Translations under genes and position numbers: made by a program | Shown: positions 19,161 through 28,953 of the stretch, piece by piece | Layout of the letters: every line of letters begins with the position of its first letter | How positions within the stretch are numbered: position 1 is the first letter of the stretch | From: a virus | DNA: 64,000 bases | Reading direction: 5' to 3' (one strand) | Virus record (IMG/VR): IMGVR_UViG_3300025723_000034 | Coordinates: 2,242 to 66,241 of that record | Notes under the pieces: model-generated | Told to the model about the DNA's origin: nothing | Database searches by the model: none | What the model saw: the letters and a program-made list of their open reading frames with translations, nothing else

Positions 19161-19785
19161 GGATGAAATCCTTATTATAGAAAATGTAATACCGCCTTCG
19201 TTACAAAATGCTGTTATACAGCGTGTACAAGGGGATCAACATTTTCCATGGTTTTTATTACATAGAATTGGTCACCCGGATCAGTTCGGGCCTGGCACGG
19301 TCGCTGAATATGCCGATCCTAATATAACTGATGATGTTGGTTTTTTTCATATGGCGTTTGATGGTAGTAGTTCGTCTACTCACTATGATTTTTTTAGAAG
19401 TATTTTAGAGTTTTTTTTAGAAAAAACAAACATTAAAATATCTAATTTATTAAGAATTAGATTGCGATATACACACAAGGGCAAAGGCCACACAACAACT
19501 AAGTATGCAGCTCCGCACGTAGACTTTAATACTCATACTCCGTACAGTACCTTTATATATTACGTAGACGATAGCGACGGAGATACTATAATTTTTGATA
19601 AAATTTTTAATCCCGAAGAAGAAATGTACAATCCAATTATAGCAGAACCGTTAGTAGAATTGTTAAGATGTACACCTAAAAAGGGTACAGGGTTATATTT
19701 TAATGGGCATAGATATCATGCTGGTAATTTTCCCGTAGAGTATAGCTCTAGAATCGTTATTAATTTTGATTTTACAACAATATGA
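19135..19785 (+). CDS. Fe(II)/2OG oxygenase-fold protein
   Basis: Motifs PHVD, YYVDDSDGDT, YHAG and RIVINF. Confidence 0.8.
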   Translation: MDFQISNIKDEILIIENVIPPSLQNAVIQRVQGDQHFPWFLLHRIGHPDQFGPGTVAEYADPNITDDVGFFHMAFDGSSSSTHYDFFRSILEFFLEKTNIKISNLLRIRLRYTHKGKGHTTTKYAAPHVDFNTHTPYSTFIYYVDDSDGDTIIFDKIFNPEEEMYNPIIAEPLVELLRCTPKKGTGLYFNGHRYHAGNFPVEYSSRIVINFDFTTI

Positions 19786-20834
19786 AACACAGACGCATTG
19801 ATGTAGACGGTAATAAATTTATTAACATATATGATGATATGTTTGATTTCAGCCGAATGTTTCAAATGCTAGAAATTGCTAAAAAATCAGGATATAAAAT
19901 TGAAAGATCTGCTCCTTCGACCGTTCCAGTTACTCAGCAATTTAAAACTTTAAAAAGCGAATATAGTATATACGATGTGTTATGGCTGGAATTTTTTAAA
20001 GGTTCTTGTACTGATGTTATTAAACAGCAAATAATAGATAATAACCTTAGAATAAGCAGAGCTTATATTAACCTGTCAACAGCACAGGATGTTTATCATT
20101 ATCATATTGATAGTGATGTTGATGAAGATTTTACATTACTATATTATTTTAATACAACGTGGGATCCTAGCTGGGAAGGTGAAACACATTTTTCAGATCC
20201 ATATGCTAAAGAAATTTTACATAGCATTTCTTTACTACCTGGTAGAGTAGTTACATTTTCAGCAAGCATTCCACATAAGAGTTCAGGGCCTTCGTTCTTT
20301 TCTCCAGAATTTAGATTTGTATTAACTATGAAATTTCATACTAGAAAACATTCTGGATATTATGAATGTTTTCCTATAGCAGATTTATTTCCAGAAGGCA
20401 ACATAGATATAAGTGAATTTGAACAGGAAGCTATAGATTATTTAAAATCTAGTACACAAGGAATAAGACACAGCGGAATTGAGTTTTTCGATCACTGTTT
20501 TAATGTTTATAAAATTTTAAAACTTCAAAATCAACCGTTACATATTTGCCTAGCTGGGTTGTTTCACTCTGCGTATGGAACTGAATTTTATAGCACGTTT
20601 CAAATCAGCGACAGAGACCATTTAAAATCTTTAATTGGAGAACGTGCCGAAGAATTAGTGTTTAATTTTTGTAGCTTACCAGATAGAGATAAGCAATTAC
20701 TAGATGCTAGATGGACAGACTCCGAACCAGTTTTACTAGCTTATGCAAATTTGCTAGATGAAATTACTAGAAAACAAGCATTTGAAGAAGATGTTATTGC
20801 TTATAAAAACAAATTAGAAAAAATTAAAAGATAA
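19782..20834 (+). CDS. Fe(II)/2OG oxygenase fused to a C-terminal HD-like (DUF6817-like) domain
   Basis: N-half has YHID, TLLYY, WEGET, PHKS and RFVL. C-half has HSG..FFDH and LAGLFHSAYGTE...LIGERAEELV..FC. Confidence 0.8.
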   Translation: MKHRRIDVDGNKFINIYDDMFDFSRMFQMLEIAKKSGYKIERSAPSTVPVTQQFKTLKSEYSIYDVLWLEFFKGSCTDVIKQQIIDNNLRISRAYINLSTAQDVYHYHIDSDVDEDFTLLYYFNTTWDPSWEGETHFSDPYAKEILHSISLLPGRVVTFSASIPHKSSGPSFFSPEFRFVLTMKFHTRKHSGYYECFPIADLFPEGNIDISEFEQEAIDYLKSSTQGIRHSGIEFFDHCFNVYKILKLQNQPLHICLAGLFHSAYGTEFYSTFQISDRDHLKSLIGERAEELVFNFCSLPDRDKQLLDARWTDSEPVLLAYANLLDEITRKQAFEEDVIAYKNKLEKIKR

Positions 20835-21428
20835 ACTTATACGTCTATCGTCTTCTTCTTCGGTTAAGTTTCTTTCAACAAAATGGGTTAAATGTCCGGG
20901 AAACAATATTAACATACCTTCTTTAGGTATAAACCAGTGCTCGGTGTTTATCCTATTGTTATCAAACTTTTTTCCTCTGATAAATTTTGTCATAAATTCC
21001 ATACGATCAATTTCGCTAGGGCTTCTTAAAAAGTGTATATGGCCGCTATCCTTAGGAACTTTTATATAGTAAACTCCGCTAAGAAATGAACTAGGATGTG
21101 TGTGTTCTCTATTATATGTATGTTTTCCGTTAACATTATACCAGTAATTCATTTTACGTTCGCCCGTAGGCAATGCCCAAACTTCGTCAACAACGTGATT
21201 ACTCATAGGAATAATATGTTCATTAAATAAATTTGCGGTTTCTGGATTATCAAAATCAGGAAAATACATACTAGGAGATTGATATCCACCAGCATTACTA
21301 AACGTATTACTTGGTTTAGTAGCTTGAACTTGTTCAACACCTTCAATTATTGCCTTGTTGTTGACAGTTGTAAGATAACTAGTATAGCAAGAGCTTACAA
21401 ACATTGGATTTTCAGTAAGAGTCATCAT
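20814..21428 (-). CDS. Putative Fe(II)/2OG oxygenase, HxH type (TIGR02466-like)
   Basis: Motifs WYNVN...HTHP..LSGVYY, LFPGHLTHFV and RISLSFN. Confidence 0.85.
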   Translation of the reverse strand: MMTLTENPMFVSSCYTSYLTTVNNKAIIEGVEQVQATKPSNTFSNAGGYQSPSMYFPDFDNPETANLFNEHIIPMSNHVVDEVWALPTGERKMNYWYNVNGKHTYNREHTHPSSFLSGVYYIKVPKDSGHIHFLRSPSEIDRMEFMTKFIRGKKFDNNRINTEHWFIPKEGMLILFPGHLTHFVERNLTEEEDDRRISLSFNFF

Positions 21429-21432
21429 GAGA

Positions 21433-21467
21433 TATTTATAACCCTAAAAAACAGAATATATTAAATA
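21433..21467. promoter_or_regulatory. Divergent late promoter boxes inside the oxygenase island
   Basis: Perfect TATAAATA on minus (21440-21433), 4 nt before the ATG at 21428. TTAAATA on plus (21461-21467) overlaps the ATG at 21467. Confidence 0.6.
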
Positions 21468-22120
21468 TGGCAAGCCACCCATTTGAACGATATCTTATAA
21501 GCAGAGATAACTATTTTGAAAATCCAGAAGATGTTATTGCGCTATCTAATAATGTAACATATTCACGAGCTAGTTACTATCCTGGATTAAGATCAGAAAA
21601 TTTAATGTTTAGCGAAGATCCGGTAATAAGCGGTTTTGCTAATTATTTTTCTAATAGAGTTTCTTACGATGTATTTCCTGGAATTCGCAATTATCACATA
21701 GATATATTCTTCCATATAAATGAAGTGTACGAAGATGACGAACTTAACCAAGGGTGGGTACACACGGACGATGCTGTACTTGCTGGATTAATATATCTGA
21801 CTAGTAGCGAATCAAATTTTAATACTGGCACTTCGATTTTTTTAGGTGAGGGCATACCTAAATTGCGTGATAAAGAAGTCTTTACACAACTCAATTTACA
21901 TGGAGTTGTTGAAGATGATTACAAACAACGTTTACAAGAAAACAGAAGTTGTTTTACAGAAACAATTCGTATTGGAAATCATTACAATCGTATGGTCGGT
22001 TATGATTCTAAAATGTATCATCGTCCAAATAATTACAAAGCTTCGTCGGATATACGTAAAACTTTATTGTTTTTCATATATAGTTTTGACCATATTAACA
22101 ATAACTTAAATAGCATATGA
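21467..22120 (+). CDS. Fe(II)/2OG oxygenase-fold protein
   Basis: Motifs DNYFENP, YPGLRS, WVHTD, GLIYL, GTSIF, YNRMV.YD...YH and RKTLLFF. Confidence 0.75.
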   Translation: MASHPFERYLISRDNYFENPEDVIALSNNVTYSRASYYPGLRSENLMFSEDPVISGFANYFSNRVSYDVFPGIRNYHIDIFFHINEVYEDDELNQGWVHTDDAVLAGLIYLTSSESNFNTGTSIFLGEGIPKLRDKEVFTQLNLHGVVEDDYKQRLQENRSCFTETIRIGNHYNRMVGYDSKMYHRPNNYKASSDIRKTLLFFIYSFDHINNNLNSI

Positions 22121-23577
22121 ACCAATTAAAAAAAATATCAGTAGTAGGCGGCGGAACTGCCGGATTCGTAGCTGCACTTATACTTAAAACTAGATTTCCT
22201 GCTTCTGAAATAGAACTTATTAGATCTCAAAGGATTGGAATTATTGGTGTGGGGGAAGGTAGTACAGAACACTGGAATGAATTTATGCAATATATTGGCG
22301 TAAATTTTAAGACTGTAATTAAACATTGTGATGCTACATTTAAATCAGGAATTATGTTTAAGGGGTGGGCAGAAAATGATTACCTACATAGTACAAGTCC
22401 GGATGCCGAACAGAAAAACGGTCAATCTTATCCAACATATGGAAAAATTATCGGAGAAGGGTTAGGTAATAGATTATTAAATCCCGGAAGTGCTTGGAAA
22501 AATCAAGTAGTTGCGTCTTACCTTACATCCGACAGAGGGCCTTTCAATCAGTACCACTTTAATACACAAAAGTTAAATGATTTTTTAACAAAAGTCGCAC
22601 AATTAAAAGGAATCAACATCATCGATGACGAAATTACAGATATTGTATTAGATGACTCGGGTGCTATTGATTATCTTGTAGGCGAAACTGGAGAATATAA
22701 ATCTACCTTTTACATAGATAGTACAGGTTTTAAAAAATTACTAATATCAAAATTAGGTGCTAAGTGGCAAAGTTATAGCAAATATTTAAAAATGAAATCT
22801 GCTATAATGTTTCAACTACCTGATACTGATGAATATAACTTATGGACTACTGCTCAAGCGATGGATTATGGGTGGATGTTTAGTATTCCAGTATGGGGAA
22901 GAAGCGGAAACGGTTATATCTTCGATAGCGATTATATAACTGCCGACCAAGCCAAGGAAGAAGTTGAAAGATTTTTAGGTAAAGAAATACAAGTAGGCAA
23001 ACAAATTAACTTTGATCCAGGAGCATTAGACAAAGTATGGATTAAGAATTGTTGTGCAATTGGTCTAAGTGCTAGTTTTGTAGAACCTTTAGAAGCAACT
23101 AGCATTGGCACAAGTATACAACAAGCATTTTTGTTAATGCACAGATTACCTAATTATGACGACCATACCATAGAAGTATACAATCGCTCCGTTGACGAAA
23201 TTTTAACAAACATTCGCGATTTTGTTATATTACATTATGTGACTAATAAAGAAAATACACAATTTTGGCGTGATATTAAAAACTTAGAGTTGCCAGAAAA
23301 ACTAGCAACTAATCTTAAAAGATGGCGTAAAAATTTACCTATAGCCGAAGATTTTAGAAGCGGCACAGATTATATTTTATTTAGAGATCCACATCATATA
23401 CATATTTTAAACGGATTAAACTTGTTCGATAGGTCGGCAATAAGAGAAGAATTTGAATTAATGCATCCTGTTATTAAGGAGCAAGCCGAATCTGCTATCA
23501 GAAATATAAAAACATTGGAGCAAATAACTCCAACAATAGGACATAAAGAGTTTATATCAAAAATACGTGCTAGTTAA
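22117..23577 (+). CDS. Flavin-dependent halogenase, tryptophan halogenase family (copy 3)
   Basis: Motifs GGGTAG, IGVGEGS, ATFKSGI, GWMFSIP and FVEPLEATSI. Confidence 0.92.
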   Translation: MNQLKKISVVGGGTAGFVAALILKTRFPASEIELIRSQRIGIIGVGEGSTEHWNEFMQYIGVNFKTVIKHCDATFKSGIMFKGWAENDYLHSTSPDAEQKNGQSYPTYGKIIGEGLGNRLLNPGSAWKNQVVASYLTSDRGPFNQYHFNTQKLNDFLTKVAQLKGINIIDDEITDIVLDDSGAIDYLVGETGEYKSTFYIDSTGFKKLLISKLGAKWQSYSKYLKMKSAIMFQLPDTDEYNLWTTAQAMDYGWMFSIPVWGRSGNGYIFDSDYITADQAKEEVERFLGKEIQVGKQINFDPGALDKVWIKNCCAIGLSASFVEPLEATSIGTSIQQAFLLMHRLPNYDDHTIEVYNRSVDEILTNIRDFVILHYVTNKENTQFWRDIKNLELPEKLATNLKRWRKNLPIAEDFRSGTDYILFRDPHHIHILNGLNLFDRSAIREEFELMHPVIKEQAESAIRNIKTLEQITPTIGHKEFISKIRAS

Positions 23578-24151
23578 AATTCATACTAACACTGATACGA
23601 GGTTCAGTGTTAGTTCCTGGAGTAACTAAATGTCTAAGGTATGATCTAAAAATAACAAGACTACCTTGTTTTGGTTCTACTCCTGTTTTAGTAAAACTCA
23701 ACATATTTTTTTCAGTTATATTTTTTACTGGTTTCATATCTGGTTCTTTAGGATCTTCAAATACAATTTGACCAGACCCTTCTGGGGCAGTTATATAATA
23801 CGCTAAACTAAAAGTATTGCCATTGTGCGTGTGCCCTTCTTGAAAATTTCCAGATTCGGCAATATTCACCCAGGCATAATCACACTTAAATGAGCCTGTA
23901 CTGCCGTGCATTTTAGCAAAATTATTAACATGATTAGTAATAGATGCTATTAATGGTTCAAATACTGGGTCATTTAAAATGTCAAACGTTCCATGAGTAG
24001 TATATGTGTCTCCATACCAGCCATCTCCGCCTGATGGTATAGTTTGTTTATAATTTAAAACGTGTTGAGCCCATGAATCATTTTGTTCTTTAGAAAATAA
24101 TTCATCCTCGGTATATATTGCTACCGGAAACCACATTTCAACGCGGGGCAT
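23570..24151 (-). CDS. Putative Fe(II)/2OG oxygenase, HxH type (TIGR02466-like)
   Basis: Motifs WFPVAIY, AWVN, HTH, FRSYLRHLV and RISVSMN. Start moved to MPRVEMWF at 24151. Confidence 0.85.
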   Translation of the reverse strand: MPRVEMWFPVAIYTEDELFSKEQNDSWAQHVLNYKQTIPSGGDGWYGDTYTTHGTFDILNDPVFEPLIASITNHVNNFAKMHGSTGSFKCDYAWVNIAESGNFQEGHTHNGNTFSLAYYITAPEGSGQIVFEDPKEPDMKPVKNITEKNMLSFTKTGVEPKQGSLVIFRSYLRHLVTPGTNTEPRISVSMNFN

Positions 24152-24758
24152 CTGGCGCTCCCCAAATATTAAATGAAATAGATATTCTATTTTCTTGAGA
24201 TCTATTGAATCCAACTGCGTGTTGTAGCCAAGATTCGAATAGTATCATTTTTCCTTTGGTAGGTGTATATTCCATATTGATGTCGCCGTAAGGATTTTCA
24301 GGAGTCTTTTTTATTTTATAAAAAAATGCGGTATTTTGTTTTCTAGCTTCTAGCGGATTAAAAAATGTAATATCTCCACAATTTTCAGGAGTTTGTAAAT
24401 ATACAACACCACTAACTATTGCTCCATAGTGTTCATGTCTGTGAAAATAGCTATTAGGATTGTTTAATTGTAACCAGCTAGTAATTTCTATAAAACAATC
24501 TGGTTTATATCCTAATTCGTTCATAAATTCTCTAGCTTTAATATTAATAATTTCTAGTAAATCGTAATCTTGTAATTTTCCCAGCAAATTTGTATCAGGA
24601 TCGCTATAGTATGTAGTATCTAGCTTGCCTTCAGTAACTCCAAAATTATTATTTTTTACAAAATTATTAATCAAAGCAAGACTGTTATCTATGACTTGCT
24701 CGCTTATCATAGTAGTTGCTATAGGAACGGCAAAATGATTTTCTATGTTGAGAGACAT
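24138..24758 (-). CDS. Putative Fe(II)/2OG oxygenase, HxH type (TIGR02466-like)
   Basis: Motifs HEH..VSGVVY, FESWLQHAV and RISISFN. Confidence 0.85.
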   Translation of the reverse strand: MSLNIENHFAVPIATTMISEQVIDNSLALINNFVKNNNFGVTEGKLDTTYYSDPDTNLLGKLQDYDLLEIINIKAREFMNELGYKPDCFIEITSWLQLNNPNSYFHRHEHYGAIVSGVVYLQTPENCGDITFFNPLEARKQNTAFFYKIKKTPENPYGDINMEYTPTKGKMILFESWLQHAVGFNRSQENRISISFNIWGAPDAPR

Positions 24759-25333
24759 TCTAAATTAAGGTTAAGTATTACACGTCTATTAGACTGTATA
24801 GGATTACTAGCAGTATGATATTGCCATCCGTCTATCCAAAGTAATCTATTTGCCTTTGGGTAAACACGATCCTTAACCGTAAATCCTTTATTAATTCTTT
24901 TTCCAAATCTAAATTCTTGATCAAAAATGTAAGTAGGGCCATCGGAATCGTTAAAATAAAATATCAAACTTACATGTGGACGAAAATAATCAACGTGCGG
25001 TATGTTATAATTCCCGTCTACAAATCCTATTTTAGGAGTTTTTTGACTTAGTCTATTGCGTATTAGATGCTCGGGTTTAAATCCAAACCGATGTTCTAAT
25101 TCTTGATAAAAGGGTGTAAAAACTTTATGTACAAAACTTATTGCATCGTTTTCAGGATCAAAAATTATGTGATGCAACCCATCAGTTTCTACAGCCATGG
25201 GATCCTGAATATCATTTGCACGTGGATCTATGGACACAGCTTCCGAATAAAACCAAGGAAATTCCATGCTCAGTACGTATTTTTGAAGATGCTCAAAAAC
25301 TTCTTTAGGTAAAAAATCGTCTATTATTTTCAT
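24743..25333 (-). CDS. Fe(II)/2OG oxygenase-fold protein (paralogue of 19135-19785)
   Basis: Motifs IIDDFL, FPWF, PHVD, YFNDSDGPT, YHTA and RVILNLN. ATG at 25333, with a CATAAATA box at 25348-25341. Confidence 0.8.
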   Translation of the reverse strand: MKIIDDFLPKEVFEHLQKYVLSMEFPWFYSEAVSIDPRANDIQDPMAVETDGLHHIIFDPENDAISFVHKVFTPFYQELEHRFGFKPEHLIRNRLSQKTPKIGFVDGNYNIPHVDYFRPHVSLIFYFNDSDGPTYIFDQEFRFGKRINKGFTVKDRVYPKANRLLWIDGWQYHTASNPIQSNRRVILNLNLECLST

Positions 25334-25383
25334 AGGCAAATATTTATGAAATATTCAGGTGGGGCTGAAAATAAAATAAGTAC

Positions 25384-25974
25384 ATGATGAATCATTGTGT
25401 ACTTCCGTTATTTTCGACACCGTTATACTGTACTCAACTGGATATTAGTAAATGTCCAAGCTGGGATACAGTTGAATGGACTGAAATTGGCGGGCATGAA
25501 ATGAGTAAAAATAACTATTTTTTAGATTTACCCGAGTGGCAAGATTTAAAAAGTCAAATAAGAACGCATTTACAATATTTTTTCTACGAAGAATTACACG
25601 CCAGTCCAGACTGCGGCATTAAAATTACTACTAGTTTAGCTAACAGAAACTACCCCGGGCAAGGCCACCCAAGGCACACACACTCGAATAGCGTGTTTAG
25701 CGGATGTGTATATTTTGAAAATCATCCTGCTCCTATTAAGTTTCTCCGTGGGGGCTATAAACAACTAAGGTATGATACTGTAAATCACAATTTTCACAAT
25801 GCCGAATTTTGGACCATCAATCCAGAACCAGGTTTGTTGTTGATTTGGCCTAGTGATTTAGACCATGAAGTTGAATCACTTGTTAGTACAGATGCTGTTA
25901 GACATAGTATTGCGTTTAATTCTTGGTTAGTCGGCAATGTTTGCTCTAGCACTACTACTCCGTTGGTATTATAA
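25384..25974 (+). CDS. Putative Fe(II)/2OG oxygenase, HxH type (TIGR02466-like)
   Basis: Motifs LFSTPLY, HTHSNSVFSGCVY, WPSDLDHEV and RHSIAFN. Confidence 0.85.
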   Translation: MMNHCVLPLFSTPLYCTQLDISKCPSWDTVEWTEIGGHEMSKNNYFLDLPEWQDLKSQIRTHLQYFFYEELHASPDCGIKITTSLANRNYPGQGHPRHTHSNSVFSGCVYFENHPAPIKFLRGGYKQLRYDTVNHNFHNAEFWTINPEPGLLLIWPSDLDHEVESLVSTDAVRHSIAFNSWLVGNVCSSTTTPLVL

Positions 25975-26705
25975 TGTTTGATATATTCATTAAAAAGAAA
26001 AAAATAGTTGTAGATTGTTTTACAAACAATATTAATGCCTACGACTTATTCCCTATAAAAGAATCTAAAGAATTTTATCCAGAGTGGTGGAAAAATTTAC
26101 CTAAAATAGAGCCTACTGAAAACAAAAATGGTATGCTTATTAATCGTTCTAATATGAAACGATGCGAAGGATTCATGGCGTTATATCAGCAGGGTTTTAT
26201 AATTCCTCTATGGAGTGATGTAGTTATACAAACACAGGCTACAAATTGTAATTTTGAATTTGCCGATAATCTTAGCAATTTAACACATCATAATAACCAT
26301 CAATTATCACAAGAATGGTACAATTATATTCATGTTAAGTTCGAAAGTCCCTGGCGTATCCAAGAAAAATCAGGTGTAAAATTTGCCTTTATACAACCTA
26401 CATGGAATAATCCCCGAGATTTGATGGTCAGCCATACTCCTCCAGGCGTAATAGATTTTAAATATCAACATACTTCAAGTATAAATATTTTCCTATTAAA
26501 AAGCAAACGATACGAGTGGAACGCTGGCCATCCTTTAGCGCAACTATTGCCACTATCGGATAGTGATATTGAATTACGAAAACATTATGTTGGCGGGAAT
26601 GACAAAGAATTAGCTAAAGTAATGAATCGTAATTTGCCGTTTTTTGAATCAGCGTATAGAAAAATTAAAAAAATAAAACAAGGACAATGTCCTTACAAGG
26701 AATAA
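25974..26705 (+). CDS. Conserved hypothetical protein (KxC...PW...PG...PLAQL; C-terminal CPY)
   Basis: 243-aa ORF coupled to the upstream gene by TAATG. Similar layout to 28201-28953. Confidence 0.7.
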   Translation: MFDIFIKKKKIVVDCFTNNINAYDLFPIKESKEFYPEWWKNLPKIEPTENKNGMLINRSNMKRCEGFMALYQQGFIIPLWSDVVIQTQATNCNFEFADNLSNLTHHNNHQLSQEWYNYIHVKFESPWRIQEKSGVKFAFIQPTWNNPRDLMVSHTPPGVIDFKYQHTSSINIFLLKSKRYEWNAGHPLAQLLPLSDSDIELRKHYVGGNDKELAKVMNRNLPFFESAYRKIKKIKQGQCPYKE

Positions 26706-26707
26706 TT

Positions 26708-28204
26708 ATGAAAGTAGAAAAGTTAGTAATTGTAGGTGGAGGAACAGCAGGCTGGATGACTGCCGCATATCTTTATAACAACAACCCTGAGATAGAAATT
26801 GTAGTTGTTGATAAAGAAGTAGGTAGCCCTATCGGCGTCGGTGAAGCTACTTTAATTAATTTTAAAAACTTTTTAGATGAATGCGGATTTGAATTAAGCG
26901 ATTGGTTTCCTAAAATTGACGCAGGATATAAATCTGGTATTTTGTTTACCAACTGGACTAAACCAGGCAATGAAATTTGGCATCCTTTTTATAAAGGTAA
27001 CAGACTTTTAAAATATGGTTACAGCAATTATCCTAATGATGTATACGTACATGATATATGGACATTGAATCAACAATACGATTATAAGAAATACGCTATT
27101 GGAACATACGACGTTAATATTAATCATAATAAAGTAGATCCGAGTATCATGGCCGTCGATGGATACGGCTATCATGTTGATTGTGGCAAACTAACCATGT
27201 ATATACAAGATAAGCTAAAAAATGCCATTAAGATTATTCGATCAGATGTAGTCGATATTGCTCATAAAGAAAACGGTGACATAGATCATTTAATACTTAA
27301 AAACGGAGAAATTGTAGAAGGTGATTTGTTTGTGGACTGTACAGGATTTAGAAGTATCTTAAGACAAGCTGATAAACGTGTTGATTTGTCGGATAGATTA
27401 TTTGTAGATACGGCTGTAGTACACCCAGTTCCATATGAAGACAGAGATAAAGAATTTAAACCGTTTGCTGAATGCGAAGCGGTAGACCACGGTTGGATTT
27501 GGAAAATTGGAGTTAGCAGTCGTATTGGGTCTGGGATGCTATTCAATCGTAGTGTTACAGATCCAGAAGAAGCTAAAGATTACTTTGTAAAATACTGGAA
27601 TAATCGAATTGATCGTGACACAGTTAGAGTGATTGATTGGACTCCATTTTATAATGAAGATCAGTGGAAAGGTAATTGCGTACAAATTGGTCTAAGTGCT
27701 GGATTTGTAGAACCACTGGAAAGCACAGGTATAGCATTAATTACATCGGGCGCAACACAAATACATAATGCCCTTAGAGAACAATTCTATGATCAAAATA
27801 GCACAGACTATTTTAATCAAACTATGAAAATGTATTTCGAAGACGTTGTAGATTTTGTAGCGGTGCACTATGACCGTAATGAACGTACTACTCCTTTCTG
27901 GAATTATGTAAAGAATAAATTTAAGCCTAGCGAACGTATGCAACATCATATTGATTTAATAGCAAATCCTAAGGCAACTTTACCTTACAAGGGCAGATTT
28001 AACACAATTTTCAATGGTGTTAATTTCAGTGCTATCCTGATACAAATGGGATATCCAGTAGCTCCGCGAAATATTCCGTTGAGTCCGGAAGAAGCAGAAA
28101 ATATTATGTTAAGAAATTTTGTTAAACATGATAAACATAGACATGTCGCTGGAATGTTACATAGTCAGTTAGTAGATAGAATTTTTGAGACCAGCATTAT
28201 ATGA
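26708..28204 (+). CDS. Flavin-dependent halogenase, tryptophan halogenase family (copy 4)
   Basis: Motifs GGGTAGW, IGVGEAT, AGYKSGI, GWIWKIG and FVEPLESTGI. Start set at MKVEKLV (26708). Confidence 0.92.
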   Translation: MKVEKLVIVGGGTAGWMTAAYLYNNNPEIEIVVVDKEVGSPIGVGEATLINFKNFLDECGFELSDWFPKIDAGYKSGILFTNWTKPGNEIWHPFYKGNRLLKYGYSNYPNDVYVHDIWTLNQQYDYKKYAIGTYDVNINHNKVDPSIMAVDGYGYHVDCGKLTMYIQDKLKNAIKIIRSDVVDIAHKENGDIDHLILKNGEIVEGDLFVDCTGFRSILRQADKRVDLSDRLFVDTAVVHPVPYEDRDKEFKPFAECEAVDHGWIWKIGVSSRIGSGMLFNRSVTDPEEAKDYFVKYWNNRIDRDTVRVIDWTPFYNEDQWKGNCVQIGLSAGFVEPLESTGIALITSGATQIHNALREQFYDQNSTDYFNQTMKMYFEDVVDFVAVHYDRNERTTPFWNYVKNKFKPSERMQHHIDLIANPKATLPYKGRFNTIFNGVNFSAILIQMGYPVAPRNIPLSPEEAENIMLRNFVKHDKHRHVAGMLHSQLVDRIFETSII

Positions 28205-28953
28205 AAATAGTTAATTGGTCGTTTATTACTAGCCACGATTGGTTTAAAGATCACGCAGAGGAAATACGTCCTCTGATGGATCCTGATTATTATCCTTATA
28301 CTAGTTTAATAAAAGATATAACTAAAACTAGAAAGGGTGTTATATATTTAAAATGCCCGGCAAATACTGATTTTTTAAAAAATACATTTGTTTTCAGAGC
28401 ACCGTTTGATCTTACTATAGATGTTGAAGTAAGTGAAATTGATACAGAACCTAATAGAATATGGTGTCCAAATATTAATCAAACAGTATTTGATAAATTA
28501 ATCGACACACGATTTTTATATAATGACGCAAGAGGTATAGATCCTTATCCGCTAGTTGGGCTTGATTGGTTGAATCAATTTACTTGTACAGAAAGTATGA
28601 TAGTGCAAGTAATGCCAGCATTTTTACATCACAACGATTTTACTGAAAAAGCTACGATGATTCCTGGCGAATACGATATTAGTAAATGGACTAGGCCCGT
28701 AGAGCTTGTATTTGAAGTTAGGTCTAATAGAGAAACTATTGTAATTAAAAAAGGCGATGCTATGGCTTATTTTAAATTCCGTAGTGATGAAGCAGTTAAG
28801 TTAGTAGAACAGCCAACACCGTGGGATGAAATCTATTTGTGCGATCAAATTAAAATGAAAAATCGTTTTAGACCATTAAAAGAAAGATATGCCGCACTTG
28901 CTGAAGCTAGAGCAAGCGGATGTCCGTACGATCATTCAAAGCCTCCAGTCTAA
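28201..28953 (+). CDS. Conserved hypothetical protein (KCPA, PGEYDISKW.RP; C-terminal GCPY)
   Basis: 250-aa ORF coupled to halogenase 4 by ATGA overlap. Confidence 0.7.
   Translation: MKIVNWSFITSHDWFKDHAEEIRPLMDPDYYPYTSLIKDITKTRKGVIYLKCPANTDFLKNTFVFRAPFDLTIDVEVSEIDTEPNRIWCPNINQTVFDKLIDTRFLYNDARGIDPYPLVGLDWLNQFTCTESMIVQVMPAFLHHNDFTEKATMIPGEYDISKWTRPVELVFEVRSNRETIVIKKGDAMAYFKFRSDEAVKLVEQPTPWDEIYLCDQIKMKNRFRPLKERYAALAEARASGCPYDHSKPPV

Noticed and set aside
13897-25974. 2OG enzymes as TET/JBP DNA modifiers or as 2OG-dependent halogenases
   Set aside because: The motifs resemble P4H-like and TIGR02466-like families. None shows the HxG/HxA substitution of 2OG halogenases, and no methylase or glycosyltransferase is adjacent. 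A nucleic-acid substrate is not formally excluded.
6983-26707. Longer 5' starts in the ORF track (7048, 14685, 16006, 24214, 25339, 26687)
   Set aside because: They overlap promoters or neighbouring genes. Downstream ATGs match family N-termini, RBS position or translational coupling.
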